This document shows positions 17,532 through 27,548 of a stretch of DNA of 64,000 nt, piece by piece. This DNA comes from Rhodospirillales bacterium (GTDB lineage: Bacteria; Pseudomonadota; Alphaproteobacteria; Acetobacterales; Acetobacteraceae). A program made the translations under genes and the position numbers. A model generated the notes under the pieces. It saw nothing but the letters and a program-made list of their open reading frames with translations. It had not been told where the DNA came from and ran no database searches. Each line of letters opens with the position of its first letter. The stretch's first letter is position 1. The stretch is from NCBI GenBank assembly GCA_025359905.1, contig JANYDF010000114.1:46077-110076 (forward strand). The letters are read 5' to 3'.

Positions 17532-19310
17532 ATGACGAATAATATCTTTGCCGACCTGCGCGAGCGCGTGCTGGACGCCCTGCGCGCCGCCGTGCCCGGA
17601 TTGCCGGACGAGGTCGCCGCCCGCGTGGAAGTGACCCCGGTGAAAGATCCGGCGCATGGCGACATGGCGACCAACGCCGCGATGGTCAGCGCCAAGGCCG
17701 CCGGGCGCAAACCAGCCGACATTGCCAGCGCGCTGCTGGCCACGCTGCGCGACGACGCGATGGTGGCGAGCGCCGAGACCGCCGGTCCCGGTTTCGTCAA
17801 TCTGCGGCTGCACCCTTCAGCGTTGCGGGCCCAGATCCCAGCGATCTTGCTGGCGGGCGAGGCGTACGGCAACGGTACCGTGGGCGGCGGGCTGCCGACC
17901 AATGTGGAATACGTCTCGGCCAACCCGACCGGGCCGATGCATGTCGGGCATTGCCGGGGTGCGGTGGTGGGCGACGCGCTGGCCAATCTGCTGGCCAAGG
18001 CAGGGTTTGCCGTCACCAAGGAATATCTGATCAACGACGCCGGCAATCAGGTGGTCGCCCTCGCTTGGGCGGCGTACTGGCGTTACCTGCAAGCGCTCGG
18101 CACCACGTTGACCGAGGAACAATTCACCGCCGAGGTGCCGGGCGGCCTGCAATATCGCGGCGACTACCTGGTGCCGGTGGGCGAGAACCTGCGCGCCGCG
18201 TATGGCGCGTCGCTGGCCGGGCCGGATGCCACCATCGCCGCCCCGGATATCTGGATCGACCCGGTGCGCGATTTTACCGTGGACGCCATGATGCAGGGCA
18301 TCCGCGAGGATCTGGCGCTGCTCGGCGTGGTGCAGGACGTGTTCAGCAGCGAGCGCAAACTGGCCGCGACCGGTGCCACCGACGCAGTGATCGAGACGTT
18401 GCGCGCCAAGCACCTGATTTACGAGGGCACGCTGGAGCCGCCGAAGGGCAAGCTGCCGGACGACTGGGAACCGCGCGAGCAGACGCTGTTCCGCGCCACC
18501 CAGTTCGGCGACGACGTCGACCGGCCACTGCGCAAGTCCGATGGCAGCAACACGTATTTCGCCAACGATATTTCGTATCATAACGACAAGCTGCAACGCG
18601 GCGCGAAATGGATGATCGACGTGTGGGGCGCCGACCACGGCGGCTACGTCTCGCGCATGCAGTCGGCGACCAAGGCTTTGGGCGGCAAGCTGGATATCGT
18701 GCTGTGCCAGATCGTGCATGTGCTGAAGGACGGCGAGCCGGTGCGGATGTCCAAACGCGCCGGAACCTACATCACTTTGCGCGATCTGCTGGAAGAAGTC
18801 GGCCGCGACGCGGTGCGCTTTACCATGCTGACGCGCAAATCCGACGCGCAGATGGAATTCGATATTGCCGCCGCCGTGGCGCAGACGCGTGAGAACCCGG
18901 TGTTCTACGTGCAGTACGCCCATGCCCGCTGCCGCAGCGTGCTGCGCGCCGCCACTGAGCAATTCGGCGCGGAGACTGTTGCCGAATCCGCACTGGCCAA
19001 CGTGGCGCTGGACAGTCTGGACAACGAGGCGGAGTTGACCCTGATCCGCCGCCTGATGTCGTGGCCGCGCACCGTCGAAGCAGCGGCTTTGGCGCGCGAA
19101 CCGCACAGGATAGCGTTTTTTCTCTATGATTTAGCGGGCGACTTTCATATGCTGTGGAACCGGGGCAGAGACGATGCTGCGCTGCGGTTTCTGCAGGCTG
19201 ACCGTCCGGCGGAGACGCTGGCGCGGCTGGCTTTGGTGGCCGCGACGGCGTGCGTCATCCGATCTGGCTTGGCAGTGATGGGGGTCAGCCCCGTCGAGGA
19301 AATGCGCTGA
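17532..19310 (+). CDS. argS: Arginine--tRNA ligase
   Basis: 592 aa. SANPTGPMHVGHCRGAVVGD (HIGH-type) and a MSKR-type motif (VRMSKRAG). Confidence 0.95.
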   Translation: MTNNIFADLRERVLDALRAAVPGLPDEVAARVEVTPVKDPAHGDMATNAAMVSAKAAGRKPADIASALLATLRDDAMVASAETAGPGFVNLRLHPSALRAQIPAILLAGEAYGNGTVGGGLPTNVEYVSANPTGPMHVGHCRGAVVGDALANLLAKAGFAVTKEYLINDAGNQVVALAWAAYWRYLQALGTTLTEEQFTAEVPGGLQYRGDYLVPVGENLRAAYGASLAGPDATIAAPDIWIDPVRDFTVDAMMQGIREDLALLGVVQDVFSSERKLAATGATDAVIETLRAKHLIYEGTLEPPKGKLPDDWEPREQTLFRATQFGDDVDRPLRKSDGSNTYFANDISYHNDKLQRGAKWMIDVWGADHGGYVSRMQSATKALGGKLDIVLCQIVHVLKDGEPVRMSKRAGTYITLRDLLEEVGRDAVRFTMLTRKSDAQMEFDIAAAVAQTRENPVFYVQYAHARCRSVLRAATEQFGAETVAESALANVALDSLDNEAELTLIRRLMSWPRTVEAAALAREPHRIAFFLYDLAGDFHMLWNRGRDDAALRFLQADRPAETLARLALVAATACVIRSGLAVMGVSPVEEMR

Positions 19311-19343
19311 TCTGCCGCTCCACCACGGCGCGGTGAGAGCCGC

Positions 19344-20336
19344 GTGTGGAAGCGAAGGAGCAGCACCTTGGCCGCGCGAGACGAACTCGACATACCGATG
19401 CCCTCGATGGCGCCGAGCTATCGTGTGCAGCCCCGCAAACGGGAAGATATGGACCCGGCAACCAAACGGTTGCTGGTGTTCGCGGGCGTGATCGGCGCCG
19501 CACTGTTCGTGCTGGTCGGCGTCTGGTCGTTCACCGGCCGGCATCATGCCACAGTGCCGGTGATCGAGGCCGATAGCCGCCCAATGCGCGAGAAGCCGGC
19601 CAATCCGGGTGGATTGCAGGTCGATGGCGCGACCGATCCGCTGTCGAACGGCGATGTCAACGCCAAAACCACGGTGGCACCGCTGCCGGAAACCCCCGCC
19701 CCGCAGGCGCTGCAAGCCCAGGAACAGGCGTCGGCAGCCGCTGCCGCCGCGCCGCAAGCCGCCCCTGCGGCGGGCGCTGCCGCGACAACCGCGCAAACCA
19801 CGGTGCGCCCCGAATTGCAGCCGCTGCCAGCCTTGCGCCCGCACATCACCGTGACAACTCCCAAACCAGCGGCTTCGGCACAGGCTCCGGTGGCTACTCA
19901 GGCTGCCGCTAAGCCGATGGCCATGGCGCAGGCCGCCGCGCCGCAAGCGGCAGTTCCGGCCGCCCGCTCACCGGCGCCGCAACCTTTGGCGGCACCGCAA
20001 GCCCGCGTGGCGCCGGCGCCAGCTTCCGCCCCCGCAGCCGTGCCGCCCGCCAAATCGCTGCTTGCCGCGTCGAAAGCGGCCCCGGCCGCTGGCAGTGCGC
20101 TGGTGCAGTTGGCCGCGCTGAAAACCGAAGCCGACGCCAATGCCGAGTGGGCGCGGCTGACGCATAAATATCCCGACCTGCTCGGCGGCCGCCGCGCGGT
20201 GATCAGCAAGACCGAGCATGGCGGCAACACCTATTGGCGGCTGCGCACCGCAGGCTTCGCCGATGCGTCGCAAGCCACGGCGTTTTGCGACCAGATCAAG
20301 GGCAAGGGGGCGGGCTGCACGGTGGCGCATTTCTGA
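19344..20336 (+). CDS. SPOR domain-containing membrane-anchored protein
   Basis: TM segment LLVFAGVIGAALFVLVGVW, an Ala/Pro/Gln-rich linker, and a C-terminal SPOR domain (ALVQLAALKTEADANAEWARL...GNTYWRLRTAGFADASQATAFC). Start uncertain: GTG 19344, or the in-frame Met of MPSMAPS (aa 19 of the track ORF, 19398). Confidence 0.75.
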   Translation: MWKRRSSTLAARDELDIPMPSMAPSYRVQPRKREDMDPATKRLLVFAGVIGAALFVLVGVWSFTGRHHATVPVIEADSRPMREKPANPGGLQVDGATDPLSNGDVNAKTTVAPLPETPAPQALQAQEQASAAAAAAPQAAPAAGAAATTAQTTVRPELQPLPALRPHITVTTPKPAASAQAPVATQAAAKPMAMAQAAAPQAAVPAARSPAPQPLAAPQARVAPAPASAPAAVPPAKSLLAASKAAPAAGSALVQLAALKTEADANAEWARLTHKYPDLLGGRRAVISKTEHGGNTYWRLRTAGFADASQATAFCDQIKGKGAGCTVAHF

Positions 20337-20346
20337 TCGCACTGCC

Positions 20347-21351
20347 GTGGCCAGCATTGCCAAGGCTGCCATCGTTGGAATATCCGGCCTCGTCCTGACC
20401 CAGGACGAGGCCGCGTTGTTTGCGGCCCACCCTCCGGCGGGGGCCATCCTGTTCCGCCGCAACGTCGACACCCCGGCGCAACTGCGCGCGCTGACCGCAG
20501 CGTTGCGGGCGGTGCTGCCGCCCGACGCGCCGATCCTGATCGACCAGGAAGGCGGCCGCGTCGCCCGGCTGCGCCCGCCGCACTGGCGCGCGCATCCGCC
20601 TGCTGGCGCGATCGGCGCGCTGTATGCCAACGATCCCCCAGCGGGGCTGCGGGCGGCGTGGCTGAGCGGAGCACTGATCGGGCTGGATTGCGCCGAGGCG
20701 GGCATCAGCGTCGTCTGCGCGCCGGTGCTGGATTTGCGGCTGCCCGGCGTGACAGAAGCCATCGGCGACCGCGCCTATTCGCCCAATCCGCAAGCAGTCG
20801 CGGCGCTTGGCCGGGCGATGGCCGAGGGCTTGCTGGCCGCTGGCGTGCAGCCCGTGGGCAAACATGCGCCGGGCCACGGTGCGGCCACGGTGGACAGCCA
20901 TTTGCTGCTGCCGGTGGTCGATGACGGTGATTTCGACGCTGGGCTTGTGCCGTTCGCCTTGAACGCCGACTTTGGGTGGATGCTCACCTCACATATTCTG
21001 TATCCGGCGCTCGACCCGGTCCGCCCGGCTACGCTGTCGCCCACGATCATCGCGTCGGTCATTCGCGGCCGCATTGGCTTCGGCGGCGTGCTGGCATCCG
21101 ACGATCTCGCCATGCACGCGCTGTCCGGCACCCCGGCGGAGCGCGCCGCCGCTTGCCTCGACGCCGGATGCGACGTGGCGCTGTATTGCCCCGGGGATGC
21201 CGAGGGCAACGCCGCCGTGCTGACCGCTTGCCCGGCGCTGACCGAGGCGGCGCAGCAACGGTTGAACCGCGCCGGCGCACATGCTGCCGCCTGCCGCCAG
21301 TTGCTGGACGCGGCGGCGTTGTCCGCCGAACGGCAGGAGTTGCTGGCATGA
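20347..21351 (+). CDS. nagZ: Beta-N-acetylhexosaminidase (GH3)
   Basis: GTG at 20347 within track ORF 20218..21351. ILIDQEGGRVARL...GKHAPGHGAATVDSH...GVLASDDLAM. Confidence 0.85.
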   Translation: MASIAKAAIVGISGLVLTQDEAALFAAHPPAGAILFRRNVDTPAQLRALTAALRAVLPPDAPILIDQEGGRVARLRPPHWRAHPPAGAIGALYANDPPAGLRAAWLSGALIGLDCAEAGISVVCAPVLDLRLPGVTEAIGDRAYSPNPQAVAALGRAMAEGLLAAGVQPVGKHAPGHGAATVDSHLLLPVVDDGDFDAGLVPFALNADFGWMLTSHILYPALDPVRPATLSPTIIASVIRGRIGFGGVLASDDLAMHALSGTPAERAAACLDAGCDVALYCPGDAEGNAAVLTACPALTEAAQQRLNRAGAHAAACRQLLDAAALSAERQELLA

Positions 21352-22097
21352 ACCTTTCAGCCATGATCGTGCCGTTTCTGCTGGCGGCCGTACCGACCAT
21401 CATCGCCATCACCTTGCATGAAGCGGCGCATGGCTATGCCGCGTGGGCGCTCGGCGATCCCACCGCCAAGCGCATGGGCCGCCTGTCGCTGAACCCGCTG
21501 GCGCATGTCGATCGCTTCGGCACTATTCTGCTGCCCGGCTTTCTACTTATCTCGCAGTTGGTCACGCTGGGCCGGGTGGTGTTCATGTTCGGCTGGGCCA
21601 AGCCGGTGCCGGTCGATGCCACGCGGTTCCGCGACCCGAGGCGCGGCATGATGCTGGTGGCCGCCGCCGGCCCGGCGATGAACTACTTCCTGGCCTGGGT
21701 GGCGGCGATGGCGCTGTATCTGTTGCCCTCGCTGGCCGGATCGCCGCACGCTGCGGCCAATGTGCTGCAATTCCTCTCGTATTTCATGCTGGTCAACATC
21801 GTGCTGGGCACCTTCAACCTGCTGCCGATCCCGCCGCTCGATGGCGGGCGCATCGTGGTGGGGCTGTTGCCGCTGCCGCTGGCGCGCGCCTGGGCGCGGC
21901 TGGAACGCGCCGGAATTGTGCTGGTGCTGCTGGTGGTGTTCCTGCTGCCGACCTTGCTGAGCGAATTCGGCATCCATTTCGACCCGGTGCGCGACCTGCT
22001 CGGCGCAACGATGGAACCGATCCTCAAGTTGATCCTGCGCCTCGCGGGCAACCCGGAGCTTGGCGGGGCGATGCTGGGCGATGACAGCGATATCTGA
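21348..22097 (+). CDS. Site-2 protease family (M50) membrane metalloprotease
   Basis: ATGA overlap with the nagZ stop. MNLSAMIVPFLLAA...TLHEAAHGYAA (HExxH), polytopic, NLLPIPPLDGG motif. Confidence 0.8.
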   Translation: MNLSAMIVPFLLAAVPTIIAITLHEAAHGYAAWALGDPTAKRMGRLSLNPLAHVDRFGTILLPGFLLISQLVTLGRVVFMFGWAKPVPVDATRFRDPRRGMMLVAAAGPAMNYFLAWVAAMALYLLPSLAGSPHAAANVLQFLSYFMLVNIVLGTFNLLPIPPLDGGRIVVGLLPLPLARAWARLERAGIVLVLLVVFLLPTLLSEFGIHFDPVRDLLGATMEPILKLILRLAGNPELGGAMLGDDSDI

Positions 22098-22854
22098 CAG
22101 CGGCGGCGCCGACTCGCTGCTGCTGCGGCTGGATGGATTCGAAGGTCCGCTCGATCTGCTGCTGGAACTGGCGCGCGGCCAGAAACTCGACCTCGCGCGC
22201 ATTTCCATCCTCGCCTTGGTCGAGCAATACCTCGCGGTGATCGAGGGGGCCGCACGGGTGCGGCTGGAACTGGCAGCCGACTGGCTGGTGATGGCGGCGT
22301 GGCTGGCATGGCTGAAAAGCCGTCTGCTGCTGCCCAAGGACAGCGCCGAGGCCGACGAAGCCGAGGAAGCCGCCGAAGTGTTGGCCGCAAGGCTGACCGC
22401 GCTGCAACGGATGCGCGCGGCGGCGCTGTGGCTGGGCGGGCGGCCGGTGCTAGGGCACGACGTGTTCGCGCGCGGACTGCCGGAAGATTTTTCCGTCACC
22501 GATCGCTCGCGCCTCGCGCTCGATATGTCCGGGCTGATGCGCGCCTATCTGGCAGCCGTGAAGCGCGGCGCGGGCGGCAAGCCGTACCGCCCGGCCCGCC
22601 CGGCGCTGTGGAGCGTGCAGGAGGCACTTGCCCGCCTGGCGCGGCTGGTGGGCAGCCTGCCGGATTGGAATACGCTGGAGCGGTTTCTGCCCGAGCATCT
22701 CGCCTCGCCGCTCGAACGCCGCGCGGCGGTGGCGGCCACATTGCTGGCCGGGCTGGAAATGGCGCGCGGCGGCACGCTGCGGCTGCGCCAGGACACTGCG
22801 TTCGGCCCGATCATGTTGCGCCCAGTCATGCCAGGAGACGGCGATGACGGTTGA
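22081..22854 (+). CDS. scpA: Segregation and condensation protein A
   Basis: LRLDGFEGPLDLLLELARGQKLDLARISILALVEQYL. Start ambiguous (22060 or 22081). Confidence 0.85.
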   Translation: MTAISDSGGADSLLLRLDGFEGPLDLLLELARGQKLDLARISILALVEQYLAVIEGAARVRLELAADWLVMAAWLAWLKSRLLLPKDSAEADEAEEAAEVLAARLTALQRMRAAALWLGGRPVLGHDVFARGLPEDFSVTDRSRLALDMSGLMRAYLAAVKRGAGGKPYRPARPALWSVQEALARLARLVGSLPDWNTLERFLPEHLASPLERRAAVAATLLAGLEMARGGTLRLRQDTAFGPIMLRPVMPGDGDDG

Positions 22855-23398
22855 CGAGGACAGTTTGCGGCTGGCCGAGGCAATGGTGTTCGCCGCCGCC
22901 GCCCCGGTGACGGCGCGCCAACTGGCGCAGGTGCTGCCGGAGTCGGCGGACGCGCAGGCCGTGCTGAGCGCGCTGGCCGCGCGCTATGCCGGGCGCGGGG
23001 TGGAATTGGCCGAAGTGGCGGGCGGCGTGCAGTTCCGCACCGCGCCCGATCTGGCATTCCGGCTGCGCAAAGTGGTGCAAGTGCCGCGCCGCCTGCCGCG
23101 CGTGGCGATGGAGACGCTGGCGATCATTGCCTATCATCAGCCGGTGACGCGTGGCGAAATCGAGGAAATCCGCGGCGCATCGCTGTCGCAAAGCACGATG
23201 GACACCTTGCTGGAATTGGGTTTGATCGGCCCCAAGGGCCGCAAGGATGCGCCGGGGCGGCCGACGCTGTGGGCCACCACGGCGGCGTTTATGACTCAAT
23301 TCGCGCTGCGCGACTTGCGCGATCTGCCGCGCCGCGAGGATTTGCTGGTGGAACCGCCCGATGCGGCGGCGCAGGACGGCAACCAATCCTCCACATAG
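22844..23398 (+). CDS. scpB: Segregation and condensation protein B
   Basis: ATG at 22844 within track ORF 22628..23398. LAEAMVFAAAAPVT...ETLAIIAYHQPVTRGEIEEIRG...GRPTLWATT. Confidence 0.85.
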   Translation: MTVDEDSLRLAEAMVFAAAAPVTARQLAQVLPESADAQAVLSALAARYAGRGVELAEVAGGVQFRTAPDLAFRLRKVVQVPRRLPRVAMETLAIIAYHQPVTRGEIEEIRGASLSQSTMDTLLELGLIGPKGRKDAPGRPTLWATTAAFMTQFALRDLRDLPRREDLLVEPPDAAAQDGNQSST

Positions 23399-23485
23399 GC
23401 AAGGTTGCACCTTGCCCCCGGCCCGGCAGTTTCCCATCCTGTCGGTTTCCTGCTAGCACATCTCGCCGATGGAGTGCTGCCACCG

Positions 23486-24052
23486 ATGTTCGACTTCGCC
23501 TGGTCTGAAATAGCCCTGATCGGCGTCGTGGCTCTCGTGCTGATTGGCCCGAAGGACATGCCTGTCGCCATCAAGGCGGTGTCCGACATGGTTCGCAAAG
23601 CCCGCAAGATGGCTGGCGAGTTCCAAAGCCAGGTCGATGAAATGACCAAGGACACCGGCATCGCCGAAGTGCGCCAGCAACTCAATGAATTGCGCAGCAT
23701 GGATATCGGCGGCGAGATCGCCAAGGCGGTCGACGCGGACGGCTCGATCCGCTCGGCGTTCAACGACGATCCGTTCCGCAACACGACGAGCGCGACGGAC
23801 AGCTATACCCCGCCGCTGGACGCGCTGCCGGAAACCTCGGTTGATCCACTGACCGAGCACAGCATCGCCACTCCGGCCGAACCAGCGCCGGTGCTTGCCG
23901 CCCCGGCGTTTATTCCGCCCAGCGCGGTCCCGGCCCCTCCGCCGCCGCCCGCCGCGCCCGCTTTTGTTCCGCCCGCTTTCGTTCCGCCCGCCATAGCTTC
24001 ATCAAGTGCGGCGCATGCCAGCGCCGCGCACCCGGACGCCGCCGGCGTCTGA
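23486..24052 (+). CDS. tatB: Sec-independent protein translocase TatB
   Basis: ATG at 23486. MFDFAWSEIALIGVVALVLIGPKDMPVAIKAVSDMVRKARKMAGEFQ, then a Pro/Ala-rich tail; 188 aa, a TatB-like length. Confidence 0.8.
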   Translation: MFDFAWSEIALIGVVALVLIGPKDMPVAIKAVSDMVRKARKMAGEFQSQVDEMTKDTGIAEVRQQLNELRSMDIGGEIAKAVDADGSIRSAFNDDPFRNTTSATDSYTPPLDALPETSVDPLTEHSIATPAEPAPVLAAPAFIPPSAVPAPPPPPAAPAFVPPAFVPPAIASSSAAHASAAHPDAAGV

Positions 24053-24071
24053 TCCAGCCGACAGGTTTTCC

Positions 24072-24857
24072 GTGGCCACCACAACCGATAAAGATCATAT
24101 CGACGATAAACCCATGCCGCTGCTCGATCACCTGATCGAGTTGCGCAGGCGGCTCATGTGGTCGATGGGCACACTGATCGTGGCCTTCGGCATGTGCTAC
24201 TTCTTCTCGCACGAGATCTTCAACTTCCTCACCCGCCCGCTGGAAAGCGTGCTGGCGGAGAAGCCGGGCGTGAATCACTCGATGATTTACACCCAGCTAT
24301 ACGAGGCGTTTTTCACCTACATCCGGGTGGCGTTCTTCGGCGCGGCGTTCCTGTCGTTCCCGATCATCGCCAGCCAGTTGTGGCTATTCATCGCGCCAGG
24401 GCTGTACCGCAGCGAAAAACGCGCCATTCTGCCGTTCCTGCTGGCAACCCCCGTCCTGTTCGTGATGGGTGCCGCCCTCGCCTACTATTTCGTGTTCCCG
24501 TTCGCGTGGCGCTTCTTCGCCAGCTTCGAGGACACCGGCACCGACGGCAGCACGCCCATTCAGTTGATGCCCAAGGTCGGCGAATACCTCGACCTTGTCA
24601 TGAAGATGATCTTCGCCTTCGGCATCGCCTTTCAGTTGCCAGTGGCGCTGTCGTTGATGGCCAAGGTCGGCATCATCTCGTCGAAGGGACTGAAGCGGTA
24701 CCGCCGCTATGCCTATGTCGGCATGTTCGTGGTCGCTGCCGTGCTGGCCCCGCCCGACGTGATCACCCAATGCGGCTTGGCCATTCCGCTGATCGCGCTT
24801 TACGAGCTATCGATCATCGCCGCCAAGATTGTCGAGCCGAAGCGAGACGAGGACTAA
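24072..24857 (+). CDS. tatC: Sec-independent protein translocase TatC
   Basis: [14 protein letters not shown]... with six TM segments. GTG start at 24072 is an estimate; the first in-frame Met (aa 36 of track ORF 24006..24857) is at 24111. Confidence 0.9.
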   Translation: MATTTDKDHIDDKPMPLLDHLIELRRRLMWSMGTLIVAFGMCYFFSHEIFNFLTRPLESVLAEKPGVNHSMIYTQLYEAFFTYIRVAFFGAAFLSFPIIASQLWLFIAPGLYRSEKRAILPFLLATPVLFVMGAALAYYFVFPFAWRFFASFEDTGTDGSTPIQLMPKVGEYLDLVMKMIFAFGIAFQLPVALSLMAKVGIISSKGLKRYRRYAYVGMFVVAAVLAPPDVITQCGLAIPLIALYELSIIAAKIVEPKRDED

Positions 24858-24864
24858 GACTCCG

Positions 24865-26139
24865 ATGCACGATATTCGTACTATCCGCGCCGACGGCGCC
24901 GGGTTCGACGCCGCCATGGCGCGGCGCGGCCTGCTGCCGGTGTCGGCCGACTTGCTGGAACGCGACGCGGCCCGCCGGCTGGCGCAGACCGCGTTGCAGG
25001 AAAAGCAGGCGCGGCGCAACGCGCTGGCCAAACTGGTTGGCGAAGGCCGCCGCAAAGGCGCCGACACCAGCGCCTTGGAAGCCGAATCGACCACGCTGCG
25101 CGACGATATGGCGGCGCTTGAGCAGAACGCGGCGGCGCTGGACGGCGAAATCCGCGCCACGCTGGAACGGCTGCCCAACATCCTCGACCCGGATGTGCCG
25201 GACGGGCGCGACGAAACCGCCAATGCCGTGGTCAAGCAAACCGGCACGCCGCGCGACCTGGGCTTCGAGCCGAAACAGCATTTCGAGCTTGGCGAGGCGC
25301 TGGGGCTAATGCTGTTCGAACCGGCCGCCAAGCTGGCCGGGGCGCGATTCACCGTGGTGCGCGGCGCGCTGGCCCGGTTGGAGCGGGCGCTGGGTCAGTT
25401 CATGCTCGACCTGCACACCACCGAGCACGGCTACCAGGAAGTGCAGGTGCCACTGCTGGTCAACGACGCGACGATGTATGGCACTGGGCAACTGCCGAAA
25501 TTCGCCGAGGATTTGTTCCGCACCACCGATGGCCGCTGGCTGATCCCAACCGCCGAGGTGCCGCTGACCAATCTGGCGGCGGGCGACATCGTCACCGAGA
25601 AATCGCTGCCGCAGCGCGTGACCGCATTGTCCGAGTGTTTCCGCAGCGAGGCCGGGTCGGCCGGGCGCGACACGCGCGGCATGTTGCGCCAGCACCAGTT
25701 CCGCAAGGTGGAACTGGTCAGCGTGACCAAGCCCGAGGACAGCGAGGCCGAGCACGAGCGCATGACGCGCGCGGCTGAGCGGGTGCTGGAACTGCTCGGG
25801 CTGCCGTATCGCCGGATGCTGCTGTGCGCGGGCGATACCGGGTTCAGTTCGGTGAAGACCTACGATCTGGAAGTCTGGCTGCCCGGCCAGGGCATGTGGC
25901 GCGAGATCAGCAGTTGCTCGAACTGCCGTGACTTCCAGGCGCGGCGGATGAACGCGCGCTACCGCAGCACCGACGGCAAGACGGTCATGCCGGTGCACAC
26001 GCTGAACGGCTCGGGCGTTGCGGTGGGCCGGGCGTTGATCGCGGTGATGGAGAACCACCAGCAGGCGGATGGCTCCATCCTGGTCCCGGAAGCGCTGTGG
26101 CCATGGACCGGCGGGATGGAGCGGATTGCCAGCCGGTAA
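24865..26139 (+). CDS. serS: Serine--tRNA ligase
   Basis: ATG at 24865. [22 protein letters not shown]..., class II motifs ([21 protein letters not shown]; [16 protein letters not shown]). Confidence 0.95.
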   Translation: MHDIRTIRADGAGFDAAMARRGLLPVSADLLERDAARRLAQTALQEKQARRNALAKLVGEGRRKGADTSALEAESTTLRDDMAALEQNAAALDGEIRATLERLPNILDPDVPDGRDETANAVVKQTGTPRDLGFEPKQHFELGEALGLMLFEPAAKLAGARFTVVRGALARLERALGQFMLDLHTTEHGYQEVQVPLLVNDATMYGTGQLPKFAEDLFRTTDGRWLIPTAEVPLTNLAAGDIVTEKSLPQRVTALSECFRSEAGSAGRDTRGMLRQHQFRKVELVSVTKPEDSEAEHERMTRAAERVLELLGLPYRRMLLCAGDTGFSSVKTYDLEVWLPGQGMWREISSCSNCRDFQARRMNARYRSTDGKTVMPVHTLNGSGVAVGRALIAVMENHQQADGSILVPEALWPWTGGMERIASR

Positions 26140-26147
26140 GACGCCGG

Positions 26148-27041
26148 TTAGATCATGTACTCTGGCGGCGCGATCATCTGATCCATGGTGAACGCGGGCA
26201 GATCGACCAGCTTCGGGCCGACTGGCTTCGCGGGCACGCCGACCACCGTGGTGTGCGGCGCGACATCGTCCAGCACGATGGACCCGGCGCCGATCTTGGC
26301 CCCTTCGCCCACTTCGATATTACCCAGCAGCTTGGCCCCGGCGCCGATCAGCACGCCGCGCCGCACCTTCGGGTGCCGGTCGCCGCACTGCTTGCCGGTG
26401 CCGCCGAGGGTCACGCCGTGCAGGATCGACACGTCGTCCTCGACCACCGCCGTCTCGCCGATCACCAGTCCGGTGCCGTGATCGATCATGATGCCGCAGC
26501 CGACGCGCGCGGCCGGATGGATATCGACGCCGAATTGCTCGGACAGACGGCTTTGGATGTGATGCGCCAGATGCTGCCGGTCGCGCTTCCACAGCCAATG
26601 GCTGATGCGGAAACCTTGCAGCGACAGGTAGCCTTTAAAGAACATAAACGGGGTGATCAGATCGGGGCACGCCGGGTCACGGTCCCGCACGGCGGCCAAG
26701 TCGTTCGCCGCAGCGCGGACGATCGAGGGGTCATCGTTCAGCGCTTCGCTAAACAGCGCGCTCAGTGCGCCAACGCCAAGGTCCGCATCGGCCAGCTTAC
26801 GGGCCAGACGGGTGGACAGGCCATCGGCGAACGTGGCGTGGCGCAGCAAAGCGTTGGACAGTGGTCCGGCGATCAGGCCGTCGCGTTCCACCGCTTCGAT
26901 GCATTCGCGGCGGATTGTGGCCCAGACATCGCCCGCCGGGTCGGCCGCAACCGCATCGCGCTCGCACAGTGCCGGGGTACGGCGAACCGCGGAGCGGTTA
27001 ATGTCGGCGTGGGGGATGGCAGCATGGGTCAACCGTATCAT
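26148..27041 (-). CDS. cysE: Serine O-acetyltransferase
   Basis: Hexapeptide-repeat C-terminus (DIHPAARVGCGIMIDHGTGLVIGETAVVEDDVSILHGVTLGGTG...) and a SATase N-terminal helical domain. Start estimated at the MIRLTHAA Met. Confidence 0.85.
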   Translation of the reverse strand: MIRLTHAAIPHADINRSAVRRTPALCERDAVAADPAGDVWATIRRECIEAVERDGLIAGPLSNALLRHATFADGLSTRLARKLADADLGVGALSALFSEALNDDPSIVRAAANDLAAVRDRDPACPDLITPFMFFKGYLSLQGFRISHWLWKRDRQHLAHHIQSRLSEQFGVDIHPAARVGCGIMIDHGTGLVIGETAVVEDDVSILHGVTLGGTGKQCGDRHPKVRRGVLIGAGAKLLGNIEVGEGAKIGAGSIVLDDVAPHTTVVGVPAKPVGPKLVDLPAFTMDQMIAPPEYMI

Positions 27042-27138
27042 GCGCAGTCTCCAGCGTCGCACTCAGCACGCAAGCGCTAAATAGGTCGCCTCTGCCGCGT
27101 TCGCCACCCCCCAATATAACGCCGGGTTCGCTGACCGC

Positions 27139-27447
27139 TCAGCGCCAGTGCGCAGGCACCCACACGAAACCGCCAGCGCGCGGGGCCCAATGCCCGGGAA
27201 CGAACTCATGCCAAGCAGCTTGGCGAATCAGATAGTGGCCGCGGATCCAGACATACGCCATGCCATTCCAATGCCAGTGGCCGGGCTGCCACACGTAGCG
27301 CGGACCGGGCGGCGGCGGCGGCGGTCCTTCGGCCTCATTCGGCGGAATATCCCGCATCACTTCGGCAGCAGCGGGCAGCGCGAGACTGCCAAGCAAACCT
27401 GCGCCCAAAGCGAGACGGGCGGCGGACAATAGAAACACACGGCGCAT
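27139..27447 (-). CDS. Small secreted WXXGXW/YXWGXW-repeat protein
   Basis: Internal start with an AGGAG SD at 6-nt spacing. Signal peptide MRRVFLLSAARLALGAGLLGSLALPAAA, a poly-Pro run, then repeats YVWQPGHWHWNGMAYVWIRGHY / FVPGHWAPRAGGFVWVPAHW. Confidence 0.6.
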   Translation of the reverse strand: MRRVFLLSAARLALGAGLLGSLALPAAAEVMRDIPPNEAEGPPPPPPGPRYVWQPGHWHWNGMAYVWIRGHYLIRQAAWHEFVPGHWAPRAGGFVWVPAHWR

Positions 27448-27548
27448 GGCCATCTCCTGATCTCGAGTCGAGTGCAATAGTTTGTAACACAGGATGTGGC
27501 GCCGCCAATGCGGGCGGATGACGTTTCCGTCAGCCGCCCGCCAAGCGT

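Noticed and set aside
19700-20060. Periodic GC-rich repeats considered as a possible CRISPR array or non-coding repeat array (also 50817..51056)
   Set aside because: Both lie inside solid coding frames (the Ala/Pro/Gln linker of the SPOR protein and the TopA tail). There are no unique spacers of regular length and no cas genes anywhere in the window.
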